Source: Candidatus Marinacidobacterales bacterium (lineage in GTDB: Bacteria; Acidobacteriota; Vicinamibacteria; Marinacidobacterales; DATDRI01). From it: a stretch of DNA of 64,000 nucleotides. Both the position numbers and the translations under genes were made by a program. Location of the stretch: positions 3,040,001-3,104,000 of the forward strand of contig OZ245365.1 of NCBI GenBank assembly GCA_965226495.1, given 5' to 3'. The notes beneath the pieces were generated by a model that saw only the letters and a program-made list of their open reading frames with translations, made no database searches and had not been told where the DNA came from. How positions within the stretch are numbered: the stretch's first letter is position 1; every line of letters starts with the position of its first letter. Of this stretch, positions 18,248-27,480 are shown one piece after another.

Positions 18248-19201
18248 TCAGACGCCGTCGTTGACGGGAATGACCATCGCGTCTTCTCCGATGACGATCG
18301 GTCCTTCAAAATTCTCTTTGGCCTCACCTAGGATCTGCGACCAAATTTGTGGGCCCCGACGCGGGCCGTAGTACATAGATGCCATTTCGATGGCCGCGGG
18401 TGGGCTATCGTACGGCCCGAGGTGGGTCAGAACGAGTTTCTTTGCGGCGGATCGTTTCGCGATCCATCCGGCGCCGCGGGGCCCAGTGTGTCCAGTCCAG
18501 GCGACCTTCTCCGCCCCCTTTTGCCCATCCGTGTTTTGTCGATAGTCCAGGATGTCCTCCAGGAAGGTGCACTCGTGAACCAGTACATCGACATCCTTGG
18601 ACAATTCGACCATGGCATCGCAAGGCTCGGTATCCCCGCTAAAAGCCGCCGAGCCGTACTCACTGTCGATTCTGTACGCGTAGGAAGACCGTTCGAATCC
18701 AAGCGGCTGGAGGTGAACAATCTCGCGCGAGGTCACCTTGAACTTGTCCGTCTCCACGATGATTCCCTCGTGGATCTCTTTGACTTCAATCGGCGGCTCG
18801 AGGGACGGGCGATTGGTAATGTGATCGGGCAACTGGGCGATGTAGCGCTTCACGAACTCGACATCGATGTGGTGCGCCTCCAACATCCCGTCGGACATGC
18901 GTTTCGTCCCCACCGGCCCGAAGACTTTGATCGGGGTCGACTTGCCGCAGTTCCAAGTGCTAAATAAAAGATAGTTGTAGTCGACCATATGGTCCCAGTG
19001 CAGGTGGGTAATGAACAAGTAACCGACGTCGAGCGGATTGATGCCTGCACGGACGAGGTTGACGGTGGCGCGTTCGCCGCAGTCGACAACGATGACTTCG
19101 CCGTCGATCACAACCGCCTGCGACGGATTGCCCCGTACTGGATCTGGAACGGCAGAGCCCGCTCCCAACAAGACGACGCTCATTCCCTTCCAGTCGTTCA
19201 T
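18248..19201 (-). CDS. MBL-fold metallohydrolase, RNase Z/AtsA arylsulfatase-like
   Basis: LLGAGS, DCG, THLHWDH, SGDT, HEC, GHT, LTHL. Confidence 0.88.
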   Translation of the reverse strand: MNDWKGMSVVLLGAGSAVPDPVRGNPSQAVVIDGEVIVVDCGERATVNLVRAGINPLDVGYLFITHLHWDHMVDYNYLLFSTWNCGKSTPIKVFGPVGTKRMSDGMLEAHHIDVEFVKRYIAQLPDHITNRPSLEPPIEVKEIHEGIIVETDKFKVTSREIVHLQPLGFERSSYAYRIDSEYGSAAFSGDTEPCDAMVELSKDVDVLVHECTFLEDILDYRQNTDGQKGAEKVAWTGHTGPRGAGWIAKRSAAKKLVLTHLGPYDSPPAAIEMASMYYGPRRGPQIWSQILGEAKENFEGPIVIGEDAMVIPVNDGV

Positions 19202-19247
19202 ATCGTTGTCCTCGCTCTTGTCTTGACGTTCATGTCGATTTGCTCCC

Positions 19248-20702
19248 TTAATTCGCCGTTAGAACTTTCTTGATCGGAAGTCTGTCCCGATCAACCACTT
19301 TTCCGTCTTTGAGAATCATATCGATTTTCCTGAAATTGTTGACGTCCTGCAGAGGGTCGGCATCCAGAATCACGAGGTCAGCCAGTTTGCCAACTTCCAA
19401 CGTCCCTATCTGGTCGAGCTTGTCATAGGCGGCGGCGACGTTGCGGGTGGCCGAAACTAACGCATCCATTGGGGACATTCCCTTCTGAGTCATTGCCTTG
19501 AACCAAAGGAAGTGGGCCTCGCCCAATTCTTCCGGGTGCTCTTCTCCAAAATCGGACGGGCCGGATTCCGCCTCCGTCTTGGTGGGGTTTGAAACCCCCG
19601 CGTCGGTAGCCAGCGCGAAGGCCACACCGGCCCGAATGTACCGAATGATGTTCTCATTCTGAACTCGTGTGTGCTCCCGCGCACGATATAGAAGGTCAGG
19701 GTTGGCCAGCGCGAACTCCAGCCGTTTGTCGGTGTGCGGAAGTTCAGCGGCGTAGATATTCTTGTCGAGAATCATTCGAATGGTCGACTCGGGGATCGGC
19801 GTGGGACCCGTCTCGCTGCCATGTTGCAACAGGTCGACCCCTAAGTACGCCGCTTCCCGGAGGCTCTCCACCGACGTCGTGTGCGTTTGGACCGTGATAC
19901 CTGCCCTTCGGCACTCTGCGACGATCTGCTTTTGTGCTTCAAGACTGAACAACAGCATGGCGTTCATACCCAACGATTTGGGCAACCCGGAACACCCGGT
20001 GCAATCGTGGCCGCCCACGCCGTATTTGAGAAAATCGATCCCACGGGCGATGTATTTCCGGATCTCCGCGCCGACTTGCTCCGGTGTCATCCAAAGGAGC
20101 TCCGGTCCGGCGTTCTCGGTGAACATCCAGTTGATCCGTTTCACGAAATCCGAGGGGGCGGTCCAGGTGGCGGCGGCGTTGAAATCGCGACCGAAGGGGC
20201 CGCTAAAACCGACGATGTTCCCAGCTACGAACATCCGGCTTCCCACCGTTTCGCCGCGGTTGATGCGATCCCGAACATCCATGAGCGATTGCAAGGGTCC
20301 CCAGGTGTCGAAGACGGTCGTCAATCCCTGTTTGAGTGCAATCTGCGCTGCTTCCTCGATCAAATCATCGAAACGACCCTCGTGGCGAGCAATGAACTCC
20401 ACCGAAACGTCCCGAAACAAGTGGACGTTGGCATCCATCAGGCCCGGAATCACGTACTTTCCCTGGGCATCTATCCGTTGGGCTCCGGCCGGTACCTGAA
20501 CTTCCCCGCGGGGACCCACGGCGGTGATAGTTCGGCCTTCGATGACAATGACCGCGTCTTCGACCGGAGGACCCCCGTTTCCATCCATCAGGGTCGCTCC
20601 CACGATCGCGGTCTGTCCGTGACCCGTTGCCACCGATGCGAGCAGGCAGGCCAGCAACGCCGGACAGAGGCAGATGAAATTCTTCCTTGTCATGATGTTC
20701 AT
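19248..20702 (-). CDS. Secreted amidohydrolase family protein (NxH variant)
   Basis: Start moved to ATG 20702 (AGGAG RBS); signal peptide; PGLMDANVH, FLKY, QTH, QHG, ATDAG, GKLADL. Confidence 0.87.
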   Translation of the reverse strand: MNIMTRKNFICLCPALLACLLASVATGHGQTAIVGATLMDGNGGPPVEDAVIVIEGRTITAVGPRGEVQVPAGAQRIDAQGKYVIPGLMDANVHLFRDVSVEFIARHEGRFDDLIEEAAQIALKQGLTTVFDTWGPLQSLMDVRDRINRGETVGSRMFVAGNIVGFSGPFGRDFNAAATWTAPSDFVKRINWMFTENAGPELLWMTPEQVGAEIRKYIARGIDFLKYGVGGHDCTGCSGLPKSLGMNAMLLFSLEAQKQIVAECRRAGITVQTHTTSVESLREAAYLGVDLLQHGSETGPTPIPESTIRMILDKNIYAAELPHTDKRLEFALANPDLLYRAREHTRVQNENIIRYIRAGVAFALATDAGVSNPTKTEAESGPSDFGEEHPEELGEAHFLWFKAMTQKGMSPMDALVSATRNVAAAYDKLDQIGTLEVGKLADLVILDADPLQDVNNFRKIDMILKDGKVVDRDRLPIKKVLTAN

Positions 20703-20716
20703 GTCGGCGGCCACTC

Positions 20717-21214
20717 CTATGAGCTCGGCTTGGTGTACTCGCCCACGCAGTCCCAAATGATCGGGCTATCGGGACTGAACTCGCCCTTACAGGAACCCTT
20801 CCCTTTGATGCCCTTCAACTTGCCGGTGCCGCGAAAGATGGTCCACTCGTTCTTTCCGCTCACCGGCTGCCCATCCTTTAGCATCATCTTGCCTGTGTAG
20901 CGGTAGTGGGCTTGGTCCCCGTTGGCCATGGTGTCGATATGATAGCCGCTAAACGTGGACTCGTTGCCAATGGTCTCATCGGCGCTCACGCTGTAGCCCT
21001 TGGTGTTCTCGACCCCGTCGATCACCATCGGTTTGACCCAGGTGCACTGCGACTTGCTGATCGAATAGGAATGATTGGGCACGTCGCCGATCTCGATCGC
21101 GTGCTCGGGCTCACCGGGGGAACAGCGTATCGTTCCTGACATCTTAGTTTGCGCACCAGCCAATGTTGCAAGCGAGACTGCAACGAGAGCGGCGAATACG
21201 GTTTTGAACTTCAT
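20717..21214 (-). CDS. Secreted hypothetical beta-rich protein (AOC/DUF3224-like barrel?)
   Basis: 165 aa; strong RBS, signal peptide, GTGKLKGIKGKG motif, 4 Cys. Confidence 0.7.
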   Translation of the reverse strand: MKFKTVFAALVAVSLATLAGAQTKMSGTIRCSPGEPEHAIEIGDVPNHSYSISKSQCTWVKPMVIDGVENTKGYSVSADETIGNESTFSGYHIDTMANGDQAHYRYTGKMMLKDGQPVSGKNEWTIFRGTGKLKGIKGKGSCKGEFSPDSPIIWDCVGEYTKPSS

Positions 21215-21256
21215 CAGAACCTCCTCCTTGGACGGTAGGTCGGCGAGAAATGTGAC

Positions 21257-22294
21257 TCAGGAATCGGCAAATTGCGGTATGACCTTCTCCCCAAAGAGCC
21301 GGAGGCTGGACATTGCCTGCTCCATACTCGGGCCGGTTCCGTAGCGACTGCGGAAGATCACGTAGTCGACGCCAATTTCTTCTTTGAGGCGCTCAATCTG
21401 ATCGGTGACCTCTTCGGGTGTCCCCAGTAGGAGGTTCGGCCGGACATCTTCGAGCTTGAAGTCTTCCTCCTTCTTCAGCCGCTCCGCCATCCCGAACCAT
21501 TCATCCTCTCGGCCCGGAAAACTGGAGAAATAGAACCAAAGTTCCTCCCTCCCGTACTTCCAGAAGGTCTCCTCGACTTCCTTCGCCTTGGCTCGGTTCG
21601 GTGAGACGAAACCGTCACGCCAGAGAATCACCTCTGGCCGATTCCCTCTTTGCTTCGCCAGGTCGCGATAAATCTGCGTCCACTCCTTTGCAACATCAAC
21701 AGGAAGATAGGCCGACAAAAAGACCGGCAACCCCAGCCTGGCCGCCCGACGGAACCCGAAGGGAGTTCCTGCGCCTAGCCAGATGGGGGGATGAGGTTTC
21801 TGGATGGGCTTCGGCGTCACCCGTTCGTTCTGGAAGCTGTAGTTTCTCCCGTAGAAGGAGAACACGTCCTCGGTCCAGGCTCTCTGTAAGATCTCGATAC
21901 CTTCCTCGAAGATCGACACCTGGTTCTTGATCTTCAGCCCATGGCGGATGAATTCCCGTTCCGCGTTGGAGATTCCTAGACCCAGGATAAGACGCCCGTT
22001 GGACAAGACGTCCAGCATGGCGCCGTCCTCAGCTACATGGAGAGGATGGTAGAACGGGAGCAGAAACACTCCCGTGCCGACTTTGAGCCTCGTGGTTTGA
22101 CCGGCGATGAACGCGCAGGTGATCAACGGCGAGGGGTTGTAGCCGTCGATGATGCCGTGGTGCTCGGCGGTGAAGCAGGAATCGAAACCGACTTCTTCGC
22201 AGAGCTTGGCCATCTCGAGATTCTCCAGCCACATTTGGCGAACGTTCTCGCCTCGCGGCGGGTCCCGAAACCGGAGAACAAAACCGAATTTCAT
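21257..22294 (-). CDS. LLM class flavin-dependent oxidoreductase (luciferase-like monooxygenase)
   Basis: EVGFD...AEHH, PSP, HPLHVAED.AMLDVLSNGRL.LG.G, PKPIQKPHPPIW. Confidence 0.92.
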   Translation of the reverse strand: MKFGFVLRFRDPPRGENVRQMWLENLEMAKLCEEVGFDSCFTAEHHGIIDGYNPSPLITCAFIAGQTTRLKVGTGVFLLPFYHPLHVAEDGAMLDVLSNGRLILGLGISNAEREFIRHGLKIKNQVSIFEEGIEILQRAWTEDVFSFYGRNYSFQNERVTPKPIQKPHPPIWLGAGTPFGFRRAARLGLPVFLSAYLPVDVAKEWTQIYRDLAKQRGNRPEVILWRDGFVSPNRAKAKEVEETFWKYGREELWFYFSSFPGREDEWFGMAERLKKEEDFKLEDVRPNLLLGTPEEVTDQIERLKEEIGVDYVIFRSRYGTGPSMEQAMSSLRLFGEKVIPQFADS

Positions 22295-22315
22295 TGCCTG
22301 AGCATCGGGAGTAGT

Positions 22316-23770
22316 CTAGCGGCGAGCGGTCAACACTTTCTTGATGGGCAGGGCATCGCGGTCCACGACCTGTCCGTCCTTCATGATGACGTTGATCTTT
22401 CTGATGTTATCGGTGTCCTCGAGGGGGTCGGCATCCAGGATAAGCAGATCGGCCAGCTTGCCTGCCTCCAAGGTCCCGAATTCATCCAACACGTCGTAGG
22501 CCGCCGCATTGTTTCGCGTCGCGGCAACGATGGCGTCCATCGGTGTCATACCTTTTTCGGCCATCGCCTTGAACCAAACGAAATGGGCTTCCCCCAGCCC
22601 CTCCGGATGATCCTCTTTGAGCTCCTCTTTGCCCGATTCCACCTCGGTCTTGATGGGGTTCGACACCCCTGCGTCGGTGGCGAGCAATAGCGGCACGCCG
22701 GACTGAATGAGTCTTACGATGTTCTCGTCTTTGATGGAAACGAATTTCTTGGGCCTCTGGAGTATCTCGCTTTCCTCGATTTCCCTCTCCATACGCTTCC
22801 GAGTCCGCGGCTGCACGGCGCAGTAGGTCTTCTTCTCGAGCATCAACTGAATGGTGGAATCCGGAATCGCCGTGGGCCCGGTGTAATTCCCGTGTTGAAG
22901 CAGGTCGACACCGAGCTCGACGCCCTGCCGTAGGGCCTCGACCGAGCTGGTATGGGTCTGGACCGAAATCCCAGCCCGCCGACACTCGTCGATCATCGCC
23001 TGCTGCTGTTCCGGAGTGAACATGAGTAAGGCGCTCAGCTCCAACGCTTTGGGGAACCCGGAGCACCCCCAGCAATCGTGGGCGCTCACGGCGTACTTCA
23101 GAAAATCGATTCCCCGCGCGATGTATTTCCGAGTCTCCGCGCCAACCTGCTCCGGTGTCATCCAAGAGAGCTGCGGACCCATGTTCTCGGTGAACATCCA
23201 ATTGATCCGCTTCGCGAAATCCGAGGCGACGCTCCAGCTTGCAACCGCGTTGAACTCGCGGCCGAAGGGACCACTGAAACCAACGATGTTGCCGGCTACG
23301 AACACTCGACTGCCCACCGTTTCGCCCCGGTTGATGCGGTCACGAACGTTCATCAATTGTTGTAACGGACCCCACGTATCGAAGACCGTTGTCACCCCCC
23401 CTTTCAAGGCGACCTGCGCAGCCTCCTCGATGAGGTCCTCGAAGCGGCCTTCGTAGCGGGCAATGAACTCCACCGAAACGTCGCGAAACAAGTGAACGTT
23501 GGCATCCATAAGCCCCGGGATGACGTACTTCCCGCTCCCATCGATCTCGCGCGCGTCCGCCGGAACCTGGACCTCGCTCCGAGGCCCCACCGCCTTGATT
23601 TTCGTTCCCTCAATGACGATGACCGAGTCCGGTACCGGTTTTCCACCCGTTCCGTCGATCAGAGTGGCGCCCACGATGACCGTCGATTCCTGGGCGTAAA
23701 GGGTAACGGAGGCAACTAGTATGAACAGCCCGCATATCGCTGCCGCCCGCCACTGTTCGCGTCTTTTCAT
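22316..23770 (-). CDS. Secreted amidohydrolase family protein (NxH variant), paralog of 19248-20702
   Basis: Start moved to ATG 23770 (GGAGG RBS); signal peptide; long stretches identical to the paralog. Confidence 0.87.
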   Translation of the reverse strand: MKRREQWRAAAICGLFILVASVTLYAQESTVIVGATLIDGTGGKPVPDSVIVIEGTKIKAVGPRSEVQVPADAREIDGSGKYVIPGLMDANVHLFRDVSVEFIARYEGRFEDLIEEAAQVALKGGVTTVFDTWGPLQQLMNVRDRINRGETVGSRVFVAGNIVGFSGPFGREFNAVASWSVASDFAKRINWMFTENMGPQLSWMTPEQVGAETRKYIARGIDFLKYAVSAHDCWGCSGFPKALELSALLMFTPEQQQAMIDECRRAGISVQTHTSSVEALRQGVELGVDLLQHGNYTGPTAIPDSTIQLMLEKKTYCAVQPRTRKRMEREIEESEILQRPKKFVSIKDENIVRLIQSGVPLLLATDAGVSNPIKTEVESGKEELKEDHPEGLGEAHFVWFKAMAEKGMTPMDAIVAATRNNAAAYDVLDEFGTLEAGKLADLLILDADPLEDTDNIRKINVIMKDGQVVDRDALPIKKVLTARR

Positions 23771-23843
23771 GCCATGCCCTCCGTCCCCGCGTAGAGACAC
23801 AAATCCCCTGACAGATGCCCCGTGACTCAAACCTTAACTATCT

Positions 23844-26800
23844 TTAGAAATTGAATCGAAATCCGATTTGGATCTCCCGACCCGGTAACGGCTCAACGGT
23901 AGCGCCGGTGCCGAACGCCGAACCGCAGCCGCCGGCGTCTGGTAGCCCATCACCGGTCGAATCACCACACGCGGTCGAGAACCGGAACGGATTGGCCCGG
24001 TTGGTGACGTTGAATACCTCAAAGAGCACAACGAAATCTTGGCCATCGGAAAAACGGAACTCCTTAGCCACCCGGAGGTCGATGTTGAACAAGCTGTCGG
24101 AAAGGAACCCACCCTTTTCGGTGCCCAGCAGACGATTGTCGAACTGAGTATCCCCATCCGAATCCAGAGGTAAGCCGGCGGCGTTGAACGGCCGTCCCGA
24201 TTGCGCGTTCACGACGCCAGAGAGATCGAACCCATAAGGCAATCTCCACAATCCGCTGAACACGAACACGTTTTTCGGCGCGCTCAAACTTCTTCCGATA
24301 TCGAGCTCGGGTTGATTGTTGAACAGGAAGCTCGTTTCGGACGACGCCGGTGGCACACGCAAGGTCGAAAAGTTGTCCTCGGCGTCGGTGTACGTGTAGC
24401 TGGCAAGAAACGAATACCGGCTGCTGAAGCGCTTACGTAGGGCAACGGTGACGGCGTTGGTGTCGAGAAACCCACGGGGCTCGATGACGTGCAGACAGCT
24501 CCCCCCGTCTACGGTATTGCCGTCGCAAGTGTTGGATATGGGAACGTCTCTTAGATTGGTGACCCGCCGTGTAAGTAGATTCTTGGATCGGCGGATAAAC
24601 AGCTCCGCATCGACGGAGAGATCGCCACCAAGCGCCTGCTCGATCCCGACGTTGAAAGAATCCGTGTAGGGAGTGGTGTGAGGACGCTGGATGGACTGAA
24701 TTCCGTCGAAAGCCCTTGGAGACTCTATGAACGACAACGGTCGACCAGCATTGACGCTGGTCTCCCCGGTTTCACCCAAGAATATAAACGTACCCGTGGA
24801 AGGCGCACCGGGCAAGGCAGTCGGGCTATCCGGAACGGGAAAAAAGTCGTTCAGAATGTCGAGCGCCGCCTCCGGCGATAGCCGGCCCCCGGTGAGCTCA
24901 GGAATACTGCCATATTCCAATATGGGCGGATTCACGGGATCAGGCACCGGGATTCCCAGTAAGTCATAGACGATGAAGGGTTCTCCCTTACCGGTAATGG
25001 TGATACCGCCGGAGGTCCTGACGTCCCCCAAGGGAATGAGGTAGCTGTAGTAATCTGGGCTCGCCAACCATCGGATTCCGGAATCCTGCAAAATACCTAT
25101 CGCCCCGAGACCCGGATTGTTGATATGAGCGCCGCCTCGCGGGATGGTGTGCCAGCTTTCTGTGGCGAATTGCACTCCACCCAAGTCGGGCGTCCTCTCC
25201 ACGATCTCCATGATGAACTGGTTGTAGAACCGGCCCCAGGACGAACGGAAAACCGAGTTACCGTCTTTTCCGAGATCCCATGCGAACCCGATCCGTGGCC
25301 CGATGTTGTTCTTGTCGTCGGAGTATAGGCTCGCGTAGTCGTAGCGCAGACCTACGTTCACGGTAAGCCCTTCCGCGGCCTCCCAATTGTCCTGTACGAA
25401 CAACGCCCACTGATTATTCGTGGCCTGGGCATTTTTATTGTCACTCACGATGTCGTGCGTGAATCGGAGCATCGTGACATCGAGTCCCAGCGTTTCGTAG
25501 TTCACATCAATGATCGGATTGGCGATGATGGTTTGGGCGGCTGAGAGGAATGTGTGATCCAAGGAGACGCGGTTCAGATCAACTCCGAACTTGAGCGAGT
25601 GGTCTCCCTTAAAGTAGGACAGTCTTTCAATCCACTGAAACTGGTCCTGAGAGCGATCCACCTCGGCAATCGGGGACGCATTCGACATCCAAATCTGAAA
25701 CGTGGGAATAAAGGTGATGGGGAAGAGCTGCTCGGCTTCGGCCGGTTTCTCCTTGTTCTCTTGGAACACGAGGTTCGCCCAGCGGAAGGACGATTCCAAG
25801 AAGGCGTTTTGGCTGAAAAAAGCGGTATACCTGGCATTCACACTCGTCTGGTCTTGCGTCAAATCCGAACCGATCGACGGCAGTACGAGGGTTCCCGGCG
25901 GCGGCGCAGCGAAACCACGATTCGGATCCGGCAGGAAGTTATTCTGGGTGCCGCGATTGATGTTCGCCGTGACAAACAGTACGTTCTTGTCATTGAATCG
26001 ATGATCGGCCTTTAGGAACGTGGTGTACCTGGTGTCCTTGGGTGCTCGGTCGAATGGCTCACGGCCGAAGGCCGGGGTGAAGTAACCACTTGTAATGATC
26101 GGTGGGAGAATGCTTTGATCGAAATTGATTCCCCGCTCCTCGCGAAACATTTGAAACGAGCCAAAGAAGAACGTCTTGTCCTTCGCAATCGGACCGCCGA
26201 CAAAACCACCGAACTCCTGTCGGCTTAGTTGCGGTGCCTCCTGTCCCTCGACGTTCGAGGAATCCAGCGCGTCATCGCGGAAAAAGGCCCACACCCTGCC
26301 TCCGAGGTCGTTGGTGCCGGAACGAGTGATCACGTTGGCCACCGCACCCGAGGCTCTGCCGAACTCGGCCTGATATCCACCGATCAAGACGTTGAACTCC
26401 TGGATCGTGTCTTGTATGTAGAACTCTGCGAAGTTGCGGGTATACGCATCGTTGTTGTCCAACCCGTCCGCGAGAAACGAGTTGGTGATGGAGCGCTCGC
26501 CGAAGAAGGTTACATTCGCACCCTGATCGGAGGCGGAGGGCCTGGTGGCGGCTCCGGGCACGAGCTTCACCAAATCCAGAAACTCGCGGCCGTTTAGAGG
26601 GATGTTGTCGATGGTCGCGGTATCGACTGCGACTTGGAGGTCGGACTGCGTTGGCCTCACCATCGGCAGCTCGGCAGTAACGGTCACTTCTTCCGTCACT
26701 CCGGCGACGCCCATGGTGATATTGATCGGCACCTCACGATCGAGAGCCACGTCGATGCCGGTGACTCTCTCGAGGGCAAAACCGTCGAGTTGTGCGGTCA

Positions 26801-27050
26801 GCTCATAGAGCCCCGCCTGAATGCCCGGAATTCGGTACCGTCCATCGTCGGCCGTCGCCACCGTAACCGTGCCTCGTAACAACGAAGGACTGGTGATGGA
26901 TATGGCAACTCCCGGTAGCACCGCACCCTGGCTATCCCGAACGACGCCGTGGATGGTGGACGTGATCTGCCCGTAGGCCGAGCCCACTGGCAGTGCCAAA
27001 AAACTGGCGAACAGACCAATCGCAATCAGTACCCTATGGATGCTCATCAT
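23844..27050 (-). CDS. TonB-dependent receptor, Oar-like (third, more diverged paralog)
   Basis: Start moved to MMSIHR after AGGAGG; shares RPSASDQG, PPPGT..LPS, DNFSTLRVPP and GREIQIGF with the other two; C-terminal Phe. Confidence 0.92.
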   Translation of the reverse strand: MMSIHRVLIAIGLFASFLALPVGSAYGQITSTIHGVVRDSQGAVLPGVAISITSPSLLRGTVTVATADDGRYRIPGIQAGLYELTAQLDGFALERVTGIDVALDREVPINITMGVAGVTEEVTVTAELPMVRPTQSDLQVAVDTATIDNIPLNGREFLDLVKLVPGAATRPSASDQGANVTFFGERSITNSFLADGLDNNDAYTRNFAEFYIQDTIQEFNVLIGGYQAEFGRASGAVANVITRSGTNDLGGRVWAFFRDDALDSSNVEGQEAPQLSRQEFGGFVGGPIAKDKTFFFGSFQMFREERGINFDQSILPPIITSGYFTPAFGREPFDRAPKDTRYTTFLKADHRFNDKNVLFVTANINRGTQNNFLPDPNRGFAAPPPGTLVLPSIGSDLTQDQTSVNARYTAFFSQNAFLESSFRWANLVFQENKEKPAEAEQLFPITFIPTFQIWMSNASPIAEVDRSQDQFQWIERLSYFKGDHSLKFGVDLNRVSLDHTFLSAAQTIIANPIIDVNYETLGLDVTMLRFTHDIVSDNKNAQATNNQWALFVQDNWEAAEGLTVNVGLRYDYASLYSDDKNNIGPRIGFAWDLGKDGNSVFRSSWGRFYNQFIMEIVERTPDLGGVQFATESWHTIPRGGAHINNPGLGAIGILQDSGIRWLASPDYYSYLIPLGDVRTSGGITITGKGEPFIVYDLLGIPVPDPVNPPILEYGSIPELTGGRLSPEAALDILNDFFPVPDSPTALPGAPSTGTFIFLGETGETSVNAGRPLSFIESPRAFDGIQSIQRPHTTPYTDSFNVGIEQALGGDLSVDAELFIRRSKNLLTRRVTNLRDVPISNTCDGNTVDGGSCLHVIEPRGFLDTNAVTVALRKRFSSRYSFLASYTYTDAEDNFSTLRVPPASSETSFLFNNQPELDIGRSLSAPKNVFVFSGLWRLPYGFDLSGVVNAQSGRPFNAAGLPLDSDGDTQFDNRLLGTEKGGFLSDSLFNIDLRVAKEFRFSDGQDFVVLFEVFNVTNRANPFRFSTACGDSTGDGLPDAGGCGSAFGTGATVEPLPGREIQIGFRFNF

Positions 27051-27239
27051 TCCTCCTCTTGAAGATAGGTATTCGCCTCGGGAAGTCTCGTTCGGTACCA
27101 ACACCCCCGGTCTAGACGAGCGCCTCCCGGCGGATAGAGGTCGTCATGCGGCGCAGGCCAACGTGATTGCATACAGTATTCGATTAGCCTAGGGCAGCGT
27201 ATATCACGTGCGAACATCTAGCGTCAAGGCCCGAACCGA

Positions 27240-27476
27240 CTACAGGGGCTCGAAGCACCCGCGGCCGGGACGACAGTCCTCGCGGTCTGCCGGCTTTCCA
27301 TCCGGCCCCAGGCAGTTCATGGTATGAATGCACCACACGATGCCGTCACTCGGGTGAGGGACGTCGGGATCCGGCTCGACCTCGATGAAGAGGCCCTTCC
27401 ACCGCAAGCACCGGCAGCGCTCACTCGTCTTTACGAGGTCAATCCCCATCGGCCCCATCGGCCCCATTGGTGCCAT
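27240..27476 (-). CDS. Small Cys-rich hypothetical protein downstream of a Mo-hydroxylase subunit
   Basis: Start MAPMGPMGPMG (ATG 27476, GGAGG RBS); CRC..K...WC..T..C.GPDG.....C....CF, 6 Cys. Confidence 0.65.
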   Translation of the reverse strand: MAPMGPMGPMGIDLVKTSERCRCLRWKGLFIEVEPDPDVPHPSDGIVWCIHTMNCLGPDGKPADREDCRPGRGCFEPL

Positions 27477-27480
27477 GGGC

